Shown one piece after another: positions 13,301 through 28,061 of a stretch of DNA of 45,199 bases. Every line of letters begins with the position of its first letter. The first letter of the stretch is position 1. The position numbers were made by a program, and so were the translations under genes. Source of the DNA: Vezdaea acicularis (lineage: Eukaryota); the NCBI GenBank assembly GCA_026025075.1, contig JAPEUI010000029.1, positions 124,001 to 169,199 on the forward strand. Direction: 5' to 3'. Under the pieces are notes generated by a model. That model searched no databases. It saw only the letters and a program-made list of their open reading frames with translations, and was not told where the DNA came from.

Positions 13301-14676
13301 ATGTCGCGCTCAAGTACGGCAGGGCCAGCTCGAAGTTTGTCCTTGACGGAAGAGCTGGAGAAACTTGAACAGAGCATCACATTGACGTTACAAGGTAAGC
13401 TCCATAGAGTGCTGGGAATCGGATTTAAAGAAATGACGAGAAGATTTATCTAGAAATCGACCACAACTTCTCTCGAGCGCACCGAATTGTGACTACAAGT
13501 ATATTACCTATTGTAGAACAGTATGCCGAGCATTCTAAAGCTGTATGGGATGGCTCAAAGGTACTGTGGACCCGACAGGGTCAACGATATGGGAAACGGG
13601 CTGTGGCTAATTGAAAGTATAGTTCTGGAAACAGTTCTTCGAAGCCAGCGCCAATGTGTCTCTTTCTGGCTACGAAGAGCTCGCCTCGGAACATGCATCA
13701 GATGGCGAAGAAGAATCGTCAGCACTCAGCCATTCGGAGACCTATGGCGCCTCACCTTCCAACGCTTACGAGGAAAGCGCTTCGGATTCGCCCGCGAGTG
13801 TACGGCAGCCAACAAGCACCTTCACGGATACAAACTCTCTCCTCTCCTCTCCTTCCCTTACAGAGTCTACTCCCCGAGCTGGAAATGACTCGAAAACAGC
13901 ACCAAAGGCTCCTTCATTTGCAGACTACCCATCCCCATACGAGGCTTTAAAGCGAGAAGTCGCCAAGGCTTCACCCTCAAGTAGGCCTCAGCAACCTGCT
14001 CCTACAACACCCGGTCAGGCATCTTCTCAAAGACTCCCAGACATGTCAATGACACCACAATCTTCCCCTTTCGCGCCCTTTCCCCAATTAGCTTCCACAG
14101 CGAGAGGCAAGGATCCACTACTGCATCGTGTGCTTGACAAAAATTATCGCTTGAATGCAACACCACACACTCTGACAAAATCCGACGATAAACATCAGTG
14201 GCGAGGCAGCGATTCACCAACGTCATCGCCAGATGTACAGGCGCCGAAACTACACGCGGAGATATTTTCATCTCCAATATCACAAGCTCCAGGCAAGGGA
14301 GCACCAAGGACACCAGGTGTATCGGTGCAGACGCCGAGAGCGAAAGTAGGAAGAAGGAGCGGGTGGGAGAGTAGCGACAGCGAAGACGATCAGGATCAGG
14401 GGTACCCGGAGGGGATGAGCCCTCCTAAAACGATGCAGTTTGCGCTACCACGGGCTGCCGTGATGAAAACGCCAGGTAGAGTTTAATGCATCTTACCTCA
14501 GTATGATACATTCTTCTGACGACTGAGCAGCACGAGAAGCCAGTAAACGTATCGTGGAAGACTTGCTATTGACCGCAGGCGCGAATGACACTGAAGACTT
14601 CGATGATAGTCCGGAGATCATTGGAGGCAGAAGGACAGATCATGGTGTCGGGTTGCTCGAAGAAGAAACTTTCTAG
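13301..14676 (+). CDS. ASK1: DASH/Dam1 complex subunit Ask1
   Basis: Exons 13301-13394, 13454-13560, 13623-14475, 14531-14676. Spliced LTEELEKLEQSITLTLQEIDHNFSRAHRIVTTSILPIVEQYAEHSKAVWDGSKFWKQFFEASANVSLSGYEE; SP/TP-rich middle; TPAREASKRIVEDLL. Confidence 0.93.
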
Positions 14677-14800
14677 CTCTGTTGGGTTTTGATATATGCC
14701 AATAGTGTGACCCTCGCTGCAATGTCAACGTAGTTGAACAGAGACTATTGACCCAGCGAGTTGTATACTCGCTCCAAGTAGAATTAGACGTCAGTGCCGT

Positions 14801-14874
14801 GGCGCGCTAATGCAAGCACTTCATGTGCTAGCGCGAAAAGTCGCGTCGCTCGCGTAGGTTCAAGCTTCACGCGT
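14801..14874. promoter_or_regulatory. Cluster of MCB/SCB-like CGCG cell-cycle elements upstream of MCM3
   Basis: CGCGAAA 14832-14838, CGCG cores at 14842 and 14851, ACGCGT 14869-14874, all within ~140 bp of the MCM3 ATG. Confidence 0.55.
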
Positions 14875-14943
14875 TCCTCTGTTGATCACTCTTCATGCGA
14901 TATACTCAAACCTAACCTAACCTATCCATCACGCTTTACAATC

Positions 14944-17758
<2,815 letters not shown>

Positions 17759-18015
17759 GGCATGGTATTGATCACAGGATGTTTGATGTCATTCATGATT
17801 AGGTCATCAGGGGCGTCGCACCAATATTTGATGTTTGTTTTCTATGATGGAGATGCAGAGCGGATGATTCGTTCAGCTTTGTACAAATGTAGAAGTACAT
17901 GTTACATGAGGTGACCCGAACGGACGCTGTGATGCTACGACAACCGAAATATGCAAGGGCAAGAAAATTCTTAGCCAATCCCAATCCCAATGTTGCTGTT
18001 GCATTTCTAGCTTGT

Positions 18016-19206
18016 TTATACAACAACCTCTCCACAATCGATGTGAGCAGGAGTCCATGGCCGGTCTTGCGCATTGGGCTCTTCCATATCGCTTGGCACC
18101 CTGTACTCCACAGGTTGGTAGAGGTACCAGCTTTTCAGTGCGGCAATGGCAGCCCTTGTCCTCGCCTCATCCAAACTTGAGCCCGCTGCTTCCCCTAGCT
18201 TGTCCTGGCCAGAATAAACAGCAACTACAAAGACAGGAGTTAGACTGCGCCTCCCGGTCTCGCTCATGATCCGAGCAATAGGGGACTCAAAACCTTCTCT
18301 TGCGCATAGCCGCGAAAGATCTCGTGTAGGTTGTGCGAATTCGAACATGTCTGAGATCTTCAGGTCTCGGGACAAGATATGCGATTTGAAGAAATCTCTT
18401 GACGCGCTCCGTCCAGCATGCAGATATATTGCCCCGAATACAGCTCTTGCAAAGGCTGTTTGGGCTTGGTCAAGTGGAATACCGTCGTCTCGTGGCAGAT
18501 TATCCTGTGATTGTGCTTCCCACCTCGAGGCAAACTCTTCGCCGAATTCATTGTTGTACACCGTCGCGGCAGATATGCTTTTTCGCCATTTCATCTGGAG
18601 CCTTGGCTTCGTGGTTGCTTCTCCTTTCTCGCCGTTCCACGCCATGCGCGGCGGTAGTCTCTTGAATTGTAAGAGAGCTGGTTCTACCTCCCCACCCGGC
18701 TCAGCAGCAGCTTCGACGCCCCATTCTTGGGCGACTAAGGAGAGAGATTTCGGTCCCGCATATGCCCAGGCCGCGTCAAAGAGTACTGACATTGGTAATC
18801 GTGGCCACCGGCAAATTATGTACTCTGCGGTCCAGTAGCCCAGTAAGTGGTTACCTAACTGGGCTAAGCTGGTATTGTTGAAAGCGGGTGAAGGGTCTGC
18901 GGATTTATGTACAAGTGTCCTGGCGAGAGTCTGTAGTGGTAGTTTCGTAGGAAGATTGAGTCGGGCATGCAGTGCAGCTAGGGGTGCGGACTGTAAAGCT
19001 GCTGAGGGCGGTGGAGAAGGGAGTGATGAAAGGTGGTCTGGAGTTATAGGAGCAACTTTAGGTTTGATGTCATTATCTCGAAGCGCAGCTGTTGCAGTCG
19101 ACTGGTGTTGTATGCGAAAGTCCTGGTTCGGGAGTCGAAGGTACGCCTGCCGTATTCGCGGTGACGAGTTTTGGCGGGCCCATCTTTCTATCCGTAACCT
19201 CTTCAT
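18016..19206 (-). CDS. MRPL3: Mitochondrial ribosomal protein mL44 (RNase III-like + dsRBD)
   Basis: Intronless; likely start MKRLRIERW at 19206 (the ORF extends to 19323). LAALHARLNLP, NNTSLAQLG, QPTRDLSRLCAREGFESPIARIMSETGRRS, ALKSWYLY, DCGEVVV. Confidence 0.9.
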   Translation of the reverse strand: MKRLRIERWARQNSSPRIRQAYLRLPNQDFRIQHQSTATAALRDNDIKPKVAPITPDHLSSLPSPPPSAALQSAPLAALHARLNLPTKLPLQTLARTLVHKSADPSPAFNNTSLAQLGNHLLGYWTAEYIICRWPRLPMSVLFDAAWAYAGPKSLSLVAQEWGVEAAAEPGGEVEPALLQFKRLPPRMAWNGEKGEATTKPRLQMKWRKSISAATVYNNEFGEEFASRWEAQSQDNLPRDDGIPLDQAQTAFARAVFGAIYLHAGRSASRDFFKSHILSRDLKISDMFEFAQPTRDLSRLCAREGFESPIARIMSETGRRSLTPVFVVAVYSGQDKLGEAAGSSLDEARTRAAIAALKSWYLYQPVEYRVPSDMEEPNAQDRPWTPAHIDCGEVVV

Positions 19207-19446
19207 GTAAATCACCGTATGCTGATGCAGTGTTTGAGGTGCATTGAATGCAGTATTAAAGATGTCGCGTGGGTTATTATGAGCTCTCCTATGGTTCGTG
19301 TAGAAAAATTTCTGGATCCCCATAGCTGTTTGACGAAGTTCATGCGATGACCTATTACATAAGCAACCCAGGAATCGCCAGTAACCCCATTCGTAGAGCT
19401 CGGGATGTTAACAACACTAGCACCTGAAACTGCGCAATTGATCAGT

Positions 19447-19891
19447 ATGGTCAGTATGCGTCATCTATATTCCCGCGATATAAGTACTGACATCTCTTAA
19501 GGGTGGTGGCAGCAAAGTCCCGTAAGTCAAGGATCGCTGGGCGCTCCATTCAAAGCGATCTTTGACCATTGATTTATCTAGGTATCCAAAGCATGTCTGG
19601 TCACCATCGGGTGGCTGGTACTCACAGCCGGCAAATTGGAAATCGAACACTGCAATAATGGGACTTGTCATATTTGGAATTACAGCATTCGCGTGGAAGA
19701 TTAGTGCAGAGAGGGAGTTTAGAGCGAAATTTCCAGAGGAAGGGAGGTTCTTTCCGAGTCGTTGGTATGTACAAAGCTTGTCGTCGGTAACCCAGATGTC
19801 TTTTCAAGCTGACCTAGTTGTTTCACACAGGTGGAGCAAGCAAATTATCGAGCATGAGAGACAAGAGAAGGCTAAACAGAGTAAAGCCTGA
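19447..19891 (+). CDS. Small single-TM protein, NUUM-like accessory subunit of mitochondrial complex I
   Basis: Exons 19447-19449, 19502-19521, 19582-19764, 19831-19891. Spliced MGGGSKVPYPKHVWSPSGGWYSQPANWKSNTAI-(TM)-...FFPSRWWSKQ resembles the fungal MGGG..YPKHVWSPxGGW family. Confidence 0.8.
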
Positions 19892-19955
19892 TTCGCCAAA
19901 GATAGTATATACCAACCCTTGTAATATATCTCTACCTGAGGAGGTTTCTTACGAA

Positions 19956-21273
19956 TTATACGGGCTGTTCATACGTCTCTAAAATCCTCATGTAGCAATC
20001 AACACGGCTATCAGCGCTTTCGCCGTTCCAAGTCTCTTTCAAGGCGTCGAAGTTAGACTTTTCTAAGTTTGGAACCCCTACCTGCTCAATAGCAAAGCTC
20101 GCAGCTATTGTTCCCCACGTTGCCGCAACTTCAAGTTGCCGAAACACAGGCATACTTGATTCTCTAGCGAGGCTCACCGCTAGGGCTCCGAGAAATGCGT
20201 TCCCGGCCCCAGTGGGATCAACAACCCTACCTGCCCCCGTGATCTCTGGTCTCGTCCCATGGTATGCTGGGAGCCACCTCTGTTGACCTTCCCCTGTAAT
20301 GCAACATCCAATCTTCCCCGCTCTTACTACTACCGCACCGCCTTTGCCATACTGCAATCCGAAGGAATAGAAGTATTGGCTTGCTAGGGATACCCACGCG
20401 AAGTCCACCTCTCCAGTGGCTGCATCAGTAGCCTGGACACCCCATAGCCTAGCAAGCTCATCATGGTTGGGACTGAATACGTCGATGTGCTCCACAGCCT
20501 CACGAGTGTTGGATAATTCCTCGGGCGTGCAAAAGTCAGGCACGGGCTCCCATACAAATAGGGGCCGAGCAGCTGTGGGATCAATCTGGACGCGTCTCCT
20601 CTCTATATTTTCAACGAGTTCCATGCACCTCTTCGGAGAGCATATCAAGTGGAAGACCCGAGCGAAAAGGTGGGTGTCCGGTAACGAATCCTGGTCAAGC
20701 CGAAGCTTGGGCGTAAGGTATTTGAATGCTTTACAAAGGAGAGTTAGAGAAGTCTATCTGACAGGCATAAAACGACAGTACGCCACACCTCTTAGATTAC
20801 CAGCATAAGAGTTCCAACCTCTTGTGGTTAGTCTTTCTCTTGACTGACGTAGCACACATCCTGTCTCCCACGTTTCAATAGTACGTCGAATTTCATCAGG
20901 GAAGTCAGATCCCGCATCAACAATCCATCCCACAGATTCTGATTTTGGCGGCGGAGAGAAAAGGCGCGCTCCAAATGCAGCATAAGTACCAGCTCCTCCA
21001 AGAACGTTGAGAGCAGCAGGTGTAGGTGGTGGAAAATAGATATCGTCTACATGACCATACAGATGTCAGTGAGCACAGAAAAGTCCAACATTTTGAATTT
21101 TATGGATCGAAAAAGTGCGGACCTATTATAAACATTCCCAGTGTACAAAATATCATTGCTTTATGCTCTTTGAGAGGGGCTCGGGGGTTTTGGGAGGCGC
21201 GATTTTCTTCAAGCTTTAGACTCGATAATTCTTTCTCTAAGACAGATAGTTCTGCCTGTGGTTGTTCGTCCAT
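19956..21273 (-). CDS. MAK32: PfkB/ribokinase-family carbohydrate kinase, Mak32-like
   Basis: Exons 21273-21123, 21046-20789, 20728-19956. FCTLGMFIIDDI, LGGAGTYAAFGAR, VDAGSDFP, FHLICSP, FSPNHDEL, PfkB signature VVDPTGAGNAF, ASFAIEQVG. Confidence 0.85.
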
Positions 21274-21841
21274 TATTATGATCCTTATCAGGAATCTAAA
21301 AGGTCAACGAGATAGAACGGAGGGGTCAAAGTCTACAACGGGATTCACGGCACAGCGATGCTGCTGCTTTTAGTACCTGGACTCCTTTCTTGCTCAAGTG
21401 CTACCGTCCAGGTACTGCTATTATAGCTCTAGTTATTCGGAAACGCTTGTAATCTTTATTGGATTATGCATCTAAGAGGGCAGACAAGCAGATATTTCTC
21501 TCTTACATGCTCAACTTTTGAGGCCAACCAGCGTCACGACAGGGAATGACGAAGGCCTTGGGCATAACCGAGCTTCTAGAAGTTCTTGGAGCGTGCTCCT
21601 GACTTCAGCTGCCCCCAAGTCTAAGTGCACCGCAATCTATTTATGCGTACGATTTTGACAGACCACATTCAGCTGGGTCCCTCCGTCACTTATTGAAGTG
21701 CATTCGTTTTGACGTAATAACTCGTCTTCGTGTCCATAAGCATACTTGGCTCCGCCTCTGCAGAATTCTGTTTCTAAAAAGACTAACCACGAGGCGCATC
21801 CAAAGTTACGAAACATCCGCGCAGGTTCAACAGACGCAGTC

Positions 21842-23690
21842 ATGGCGACCAGCAATATGCACAACCTTACTACGTTGATAAAGCGGTCAGTCAGGTCTTT
21901 CATCCAATTTAAGCCCTGCAGGACTTCCATAATCCGCCGAGGCAACTGCTTCGGACCTCTCGCCTTTCCAAGCTTCGAAATTGTTCTGTACGATCCTGAC
22001 GAGTCCAACTTATAGGCTTGAAGCTGCAACGTTACGCTTAGAGGATATGGCCATAGCATCTGTTGATCAGTCAGCACCAGCGACCGGCCATCCGTCCATA
22101 TCCTCCGCATCGGGCGTTGGCGCTGTTGGCGCTACCAGCAATGGCTCACAGCCACCACCGCCGCCTGTAAAGACTCCTGAGCCTCTACCGAGAGGCATTG
22201 AAGAGTTTGACGGTTTAATAAATGGGGAAGTCACTAAGTTCGTGAATCTAAGTGAGGAGATTGGAGGCTTGGTTGCTGAGCAGGTATGACGGGCATCGCG
22301 CTGTAGGACGAGTGTGAAACGAGCTGATCTTCGCATGACTTTAGGCTTCAGGAGTCTTACGGGCTTTTGCAGCGGAGCGCAAGATATTGCTCGTAGCCAC
22401 TAAGGCTAAGAAGCCTGATGTGCAATCGGCATCCTACATGGAGATTCTCACCGAGCTGCAGCATGAGATGGGAGCCGTCAGCGATATCCGGGAAGCAAAT
22501 CGCGCCTCTCCTCTTTTCAACCACTTGACTACGGTCACCGAGGGCATTCAGGCTCTAGCCTGGATCACCATCGACCCTAAGCCTGCAACGTACATCTCGG
22601 ATACGATCCCTAGCGCTCAATTTTATGGCGACCGGATATTAGTGTCATATAAGGACAAGTAAGTTATTGATCATCAGCCATATTGCATGCTGTGCTAAGC
22701 TTTAACAGAGATCGGAAGCATACAGACTGGGTCCGCTCCTTTTATCAAATTTTTCGTTCTCTCACGACTCTGGTCAAAGACTATTATGGGGGTGGCTTGA
22801 CATGGAATAATAAGGATGGTATAGATGCGAAGGATGCCATGAAGCAGGTTCAGGGTGGGAAGACCTCGATTGGGGGACCAGCCCCTATATCGCCCCCAAC
22901 CGCAGGCGGAGCGCCACCACCACCTCCACCCCCTCTTCCAAACTTTGACAACCCACCTCCAGGACCAGGGACACCAGCAGCAGGAAAGGGAGGGGACATG
23001 GGCGCAGTATTCAACCAACTGAATCAAGGCTCTTCTGTTACTTCTGGTTTACGAAAGGTGGACCCATCGCAAATGACACATAAGAATCCTTCACTCCGGG
23101 CCGGCGCTACAGTGCCTCAACGGAGCGATAGTGGATCATCGTCAACTCGAGGCAAGAGCCCCGCGCCCCCAGGCAAGAAACCCAAGCCGGAGAGCATGCG
23201 CCAGAAGAAGCCTCCTCGTAAGGAACTCGACGGGAACAAGTGGCTGATAGAAAACTACGACTCGCCCTCGGCGCCACTTGAGATTAACGCTGAGATCAAC
23301 CATTCGATCCTGATCTCAAGATGCGTTAAAACGGTAGTCGTTGTCAAGGGGAAGGCCAATGCGATCAGTGTAGACAACAGCACAAGGCTAAGTCTAGTGA
23401 TCGACAGTCTGGTCAGCAGCGTGGACGTCATCAAAGCGCCCAACTTTGCTCTGCAAGTCATGGGTAAATTACCTACGATACTGCTGGACCAAGTAGATGG
23501 CGCACAGATATATCTGTCGCACACAAGTCTGGGGACGGAGCTCTTCACAAGCAAGTGCTCGAGCATAAACGTCAATCTTCCTGGAGGGACGGAGGAGGAC
23601 GACTTTTTGGAAGAGCCGCTACCTGAGCAAATCAGAAGCTTCATAAGTGGTGGCAAGATGAAGAGTGAGATTGTAGAGCATGCCGGATGA
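21842..23690 (+). CDS. SRV2: Adenylyl cyclase-associated protein (CAP)
   Basis: Exons 21842-21885, 22016-22283, 22345-22658, 22709-23690. LIKRLEAATLRLED, poly-Pro, WH2-like LRKVDPSQMTHKNPSLR, CARP beta-helix, ends EIVEHAG. Confidence 0.96.
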
Positions 23691-24043
23691 GCAACGTGAC
23701 GGTGATGGGGATAATCTACCAGCGAGCTCTAATTGTATATCACTGTCAGTTCTGCGAAGCCTAATCTCACTTTTTGTACGCTATTACGCTAGAACCATCA
23801 GCGAAATCGCTTTTCTTATCAACGCGGTCGTCTGATACCTACGGAAATTAGACCACCGCCAAACTATGTTCCGCTCGAGCGCCTGGAAAAAGACAAATTC
23901 ATGCTATGCTCGATCTTAAATCTTCCAATGTAAGCCTCCAATAAGTACTCGTCAGTTATACTGAAGTCTTGTCCGCTAGCCAGCAATGCGTATCGATAAC
24001 TCCATAAGAAAGCAAGGAGAAAAACGATTGAAACCGTATGCTC

Positions 24044-25899
24044 TTACTCCGTCTTGAGAAATTTCGCTCGAAGTTCTTCTTCATCATGGACCACTCCTGA
24101 GCTACGTCTCTTCTTTGAGATCAGTTTTTCGACAGGGCTTGGGTCGGAAGCCGTGAAGGACATATCAGGAGCTGAACCAGAGGCCTTAGATGACACTTGG
24201 CCTGAAGACTGGACATTTGCTTCACCGAGCGCAGGCTCTTTCTTAACTTCGTCTGCGTTGGTCTTACTGTCGCCGTTCTCGAGGCGAGCGCGCTTCTCCT
24301 CTTCCACCCGTTGTTTAAGCTCCCTAAGCTTTCTGATGGCCCCATCAGCCTTCTCATCTCCTTCGAACTCGCTCTTGACAGGTAGTAGGCTGGTCGTTTC
24401 AGGCTCCGGGTTCTTTAGATTACTAAACAGATCAGTTAGAGAGGGGCATATGTGATGTTAGCAGGTCAAGAAACATACTGAGAATCACCGTAGGGACGCT
24501 TCTGTCGACTGTTGTCGCGGCCGCCTCGCCCATATGGCCAGTCTCGCCCCCGACCACGTTGCCCTCTGTGACCCCTTCCACTTCCATGCCCGAAGCCCCG
24601 GGGCGCACCGCGTCCGCGACTTCCTTTCCCTTGATCGAACTGTCTCCTTTTTTTCCAATCATCCTTATCAAACTTCGCGGCAAATTTGCCCTCGCCTCTC
24701 GCCATTTGTCCGGCCTTCTCTTCGACATAATCTCGTTTAGACTTCCACAACAGGGAATTACCGTTGAATTTTGGCTTCTCTGCCATACCCAGGAGTTTAT
24801 CTTTGGCTTCCTTTGTAGGGAACTCAACGAAGACAGAGCCTTTAAAAAAATTGTTCAATTGCGCTCGACGTAATCGAACAGCATTTATGGGACCATAGGG
24901 AGCAAAGAAAGCTTCGATGTCTAGTTGAGTAGTCGGTTTCTCTTTACCGAAGCCTTTCTGAAAGAAGTTCAGCGGATAGGAGCAGGAAATGATCCTATGA
25001 CAACTTACGGCATAGAGAGATCGATCAATAGTTTCATTCTCTAGAATCCTCCTTGAGTCTAACAAGCTGGAACCTATCTTCTCTTTTGGAAGGCCCTCTT
25101 TGCGATGAACATGCTCATCATTGGTGACAACAAGAAAATCGCTCTCTTTAAGTGCTGCCACTACGGCTTCGTATGGCTGGAAGCGTTGCATGCGTTTGAA
25201 ACTGTGAATTACGCGGATTGAGACTGGCAGATTGTTTTCAAAGTCCGTTTTTTTGAGCATGAAGAAGTCGGTGATCAAATTTGAGTCCGAGAAATAAAAC
25301 TCAACCTAACGGTGGGTCTAGAATCAGCTCGGTCTGGCTGAGTAATGACAGAGTGCTACACATACCTGTTTGCGAATCTCGACTGGATCATCAGACTCTG
25401 GAAGTACAGAAGGATCGAACTTGCTTTGATTATCCTGCCGACTAATCCTGGGCTTAGTGTGGTCGCCGAAACTACTTTTCCAGCCATCAGGCTTCTCCTC
25501 ATTCTTGAAATGAACTCCGCCGTCCTCCCTCGTGGCCTCGGAAGCCCCATTCGATTGGTGTTCAGATTCGCTGTTGACACCCTTCTGCTCGCCTGGCTTC
25601 TGCTCGTCTGATTGTGGAACAGAGACACTACCATTAGTGGTGATAACTTTGTTGAGGAGTGACTCGGATGTGTTCCAATTTCTCTCTTCATTCTTGACCA
25701 CAACATCATCTTCGGGCTTCTCTGGTCCTGAGCCAGTAACAGCCACTTCAGCGGGTGCAACTTTGTCAAGCAGACTGCTCGCTGCTCCACTAGCAGCTTC
25801 TCCACCGACAGCTGTCATCTCCCGGTTGTATTTGCTCTCGATACTAGGCGTTTTTGTAAGGAATGGTTCTACCACCCCAGCGTTAATGTTCTGAGTCAT
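24044..25899 (-). CDS. LHP1: La protein (La motif + RRM + RGG tract)
   Basis: Exons 25899-25366, 25305-25009, 24957-24479, 24422-24044. Spliced IRKQVEFYFSDSNL, HSFKRM, SLYAKGFG, RNP1 KGSVFVEF, RGG-rich segment. Confidence 0.9.
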
Positions 25900-26235
25900 G
25901 AACTAGTGATGTCGTTTTAGCTGCCAATGCAAGAAAAGTGCATTGTAAAAATGTGTGCTTAAAGTTCAAGGGTTTCTGAAGAGTAGCGCTGAAAGTCCAG
26001 ACCCAATTGAGACGAAAGTTGAGCTATAATGTGATCTTGGAAATACGTTTTGGTGGGGCTTAGAAGAGTGGAGGAGGGGTTGACTTCTTGCGGTGAAGCT
26101 TCATGGAGCTCGGGAATTGTGCGCAGTAGTCTAGCTAAGCGATCGCCAAGATTTTCCCTCTAAACGAAGGGAAGGGATCTATTCCGCCAGCTTTTTGCAC
26201 CTGAATATGAATGCGCTATTGTAAACATCAGCAGA

Positions 26236-27694
26236 ATGCCAAGGATAGCACCTCGATTTCACGGTCTCAAACAAAGTGTGAGTCCTCCATGGTTTGTTAT
26301 GTTTAATTTGCCTTGTCAAGGCCGCAACTGAAAATGAAGCGTTCAGAAAATCAGAGCCTCATGGCACAAGAACAACCTCTACATCCTAGCTAAGACGAAG
26401 GCCCAGAATGTCAGGACAGATACCTACTTTCAGCAGAAATGGAGAGCAAAAGCCTCCACAAGATCCTACCACGGGGAACAGCTTCGTGAGAGACAATGGG
26501 AAAACATGTTTCGACCTCGGATAAACTCAGTCGTCGAGATGGATCATGAATACCTCGCCGCAAACGACGGGTCGGAGCAGGCAGCAGGAAGGGGTTCAGG
26601 TATCCAGCGGGCCCTCGTAAAGCCTGGGGAGGACGACCTGCCTGCGCAAATTCCATACATGCATATGGTTTACGCGCCGATTGAGAGGAGGCTGGACAAT
26701 GCTATTTTCAGGGCCCTTTTTGCGAGTAGCGCAAGGCAAGCGAGACAATTCGTTGTCCACGGTTACGTGAAAGTCAACGGGAAGAAGGTATGCAGAGACT
26801 CCCTGAGCTTGTTCATTGAGCTGCTGCTAATACATTGGTCCTTAGATGAAGCACCCAGGGTACCTCCTCAACCCGGGAGATATGTTCCAAGTCGACCCCG
26901 AAAGAGTTATGTTTGCGACTGGGCATATTGGGACCAAAACTTCTCGAAGGCAAAAGAGAAAACTCACAGACAAACCAAAATCAGCTTCAGCCGCCTCCGC
27001 AGACGAAACTTCGGAAGAAGCCGAACGATCTGAAGTCGATGAAGCTGAAGTAGTGGAGTCAGAGGAAGCCGACGAGGCTCAAGAATCAACACCTTCAACG
27101 ACACCACTGAGTGGTAGCGAGGGTAAGGGGTCTTCGAAGAACATACTCCGAAGTCCCAACGCCGTACTGGCAATCGCCCGCGAGATGGCACTCGATTCAC
27201 GAGGCGTGTGCAGCCCAGAGCGCCCAGGCCTAATACACAAGCTCCAGCGGCACGTGAAAGCCGTCCTCAGCTCATCCTCCTTGGCATCTTCCGAGTCAGC
27301 AGCAGACGTCGACGTACAAATGCGCGAGATCACACGAGCCCTCGAGGAGAACAAGTCCTCCATGATCGCCCCTCCTTCCGTTCAGAACGAGGAAGAGGCT
27401 GGCAACCGCAAGTTCCAAGTCAATAAATTCGACCGCAATGCGCTTCAAGCGGCATTGACGGAGCTGTCTGAGAACCCGAGCGATGGGACTAAGCCTTATG
27501 GGACACCCTGGCGACCGAGAGACTACATGAGCGCGTTTGCATTCATACCAAGGTTCTTAGAGGTAAATCAGAATATCTGCTCGGCGGTATATCTAAGGCA
27601 TCCGGTGGCAAGGCCTGGCCTAGCAGAGGTGCCGAGTCCGTTTGGGGGGGATACCCATCAGTTAGCGTTTAATTGGTATTTGAGGCGGCGGTGA
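26236..27694 (+). CDS. NAM9: Mitochondrial ribosomal protein uS4m
   Basis: Exons 26236-26277, 26347-26787, 26846-27694. [18 protein letters not shown]4 domain [47 protein letters not shown]. Confidence 0.94.
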
Positions 27695-28061
27695 GAGGAG
27701 TGGGGGGGGGTTAGATGGTATATACTGTATCATAGCTGTATTTGTCGAATATGATGAAACCAACTCCTATAGAAATCACTCTTGAGCCACTCGTATTGAT
27801 TGATAAGCATTTGATTTATTAGACAGTAACCACGAATCGTAGTCATGGTGACAGACGCTTGCGCGACAAGAGTACCAAGATACGCTATAAGATTAAGATT
27901 CCCTACCCAGAAATGCTCCGAATCTACAATGATAACGGAACCGGATTTTATCAGCGTGCCAACCACTTGCGCGTTATGACCAATCCCGCCCATACCAACG
28001 CCTTGTAACGACCAGTCCACTACAGATAATGTACAGTATAACAGAACGCCGAAGGGGCTAA

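Noticed and set aside
19207..19323. N-terminal extension of MRPL3 from the ATG at 19323
   Set aside because: Falls in the short divergent promoter; MKRLRIERW at 19206 fits a presequence start better.
27644..27710. G-runs around the NAM9 stop as a G-quadruplex
   Set aside because: Only two long G tracts, ~50 nt apart; one simply encodes Gly-Gly.
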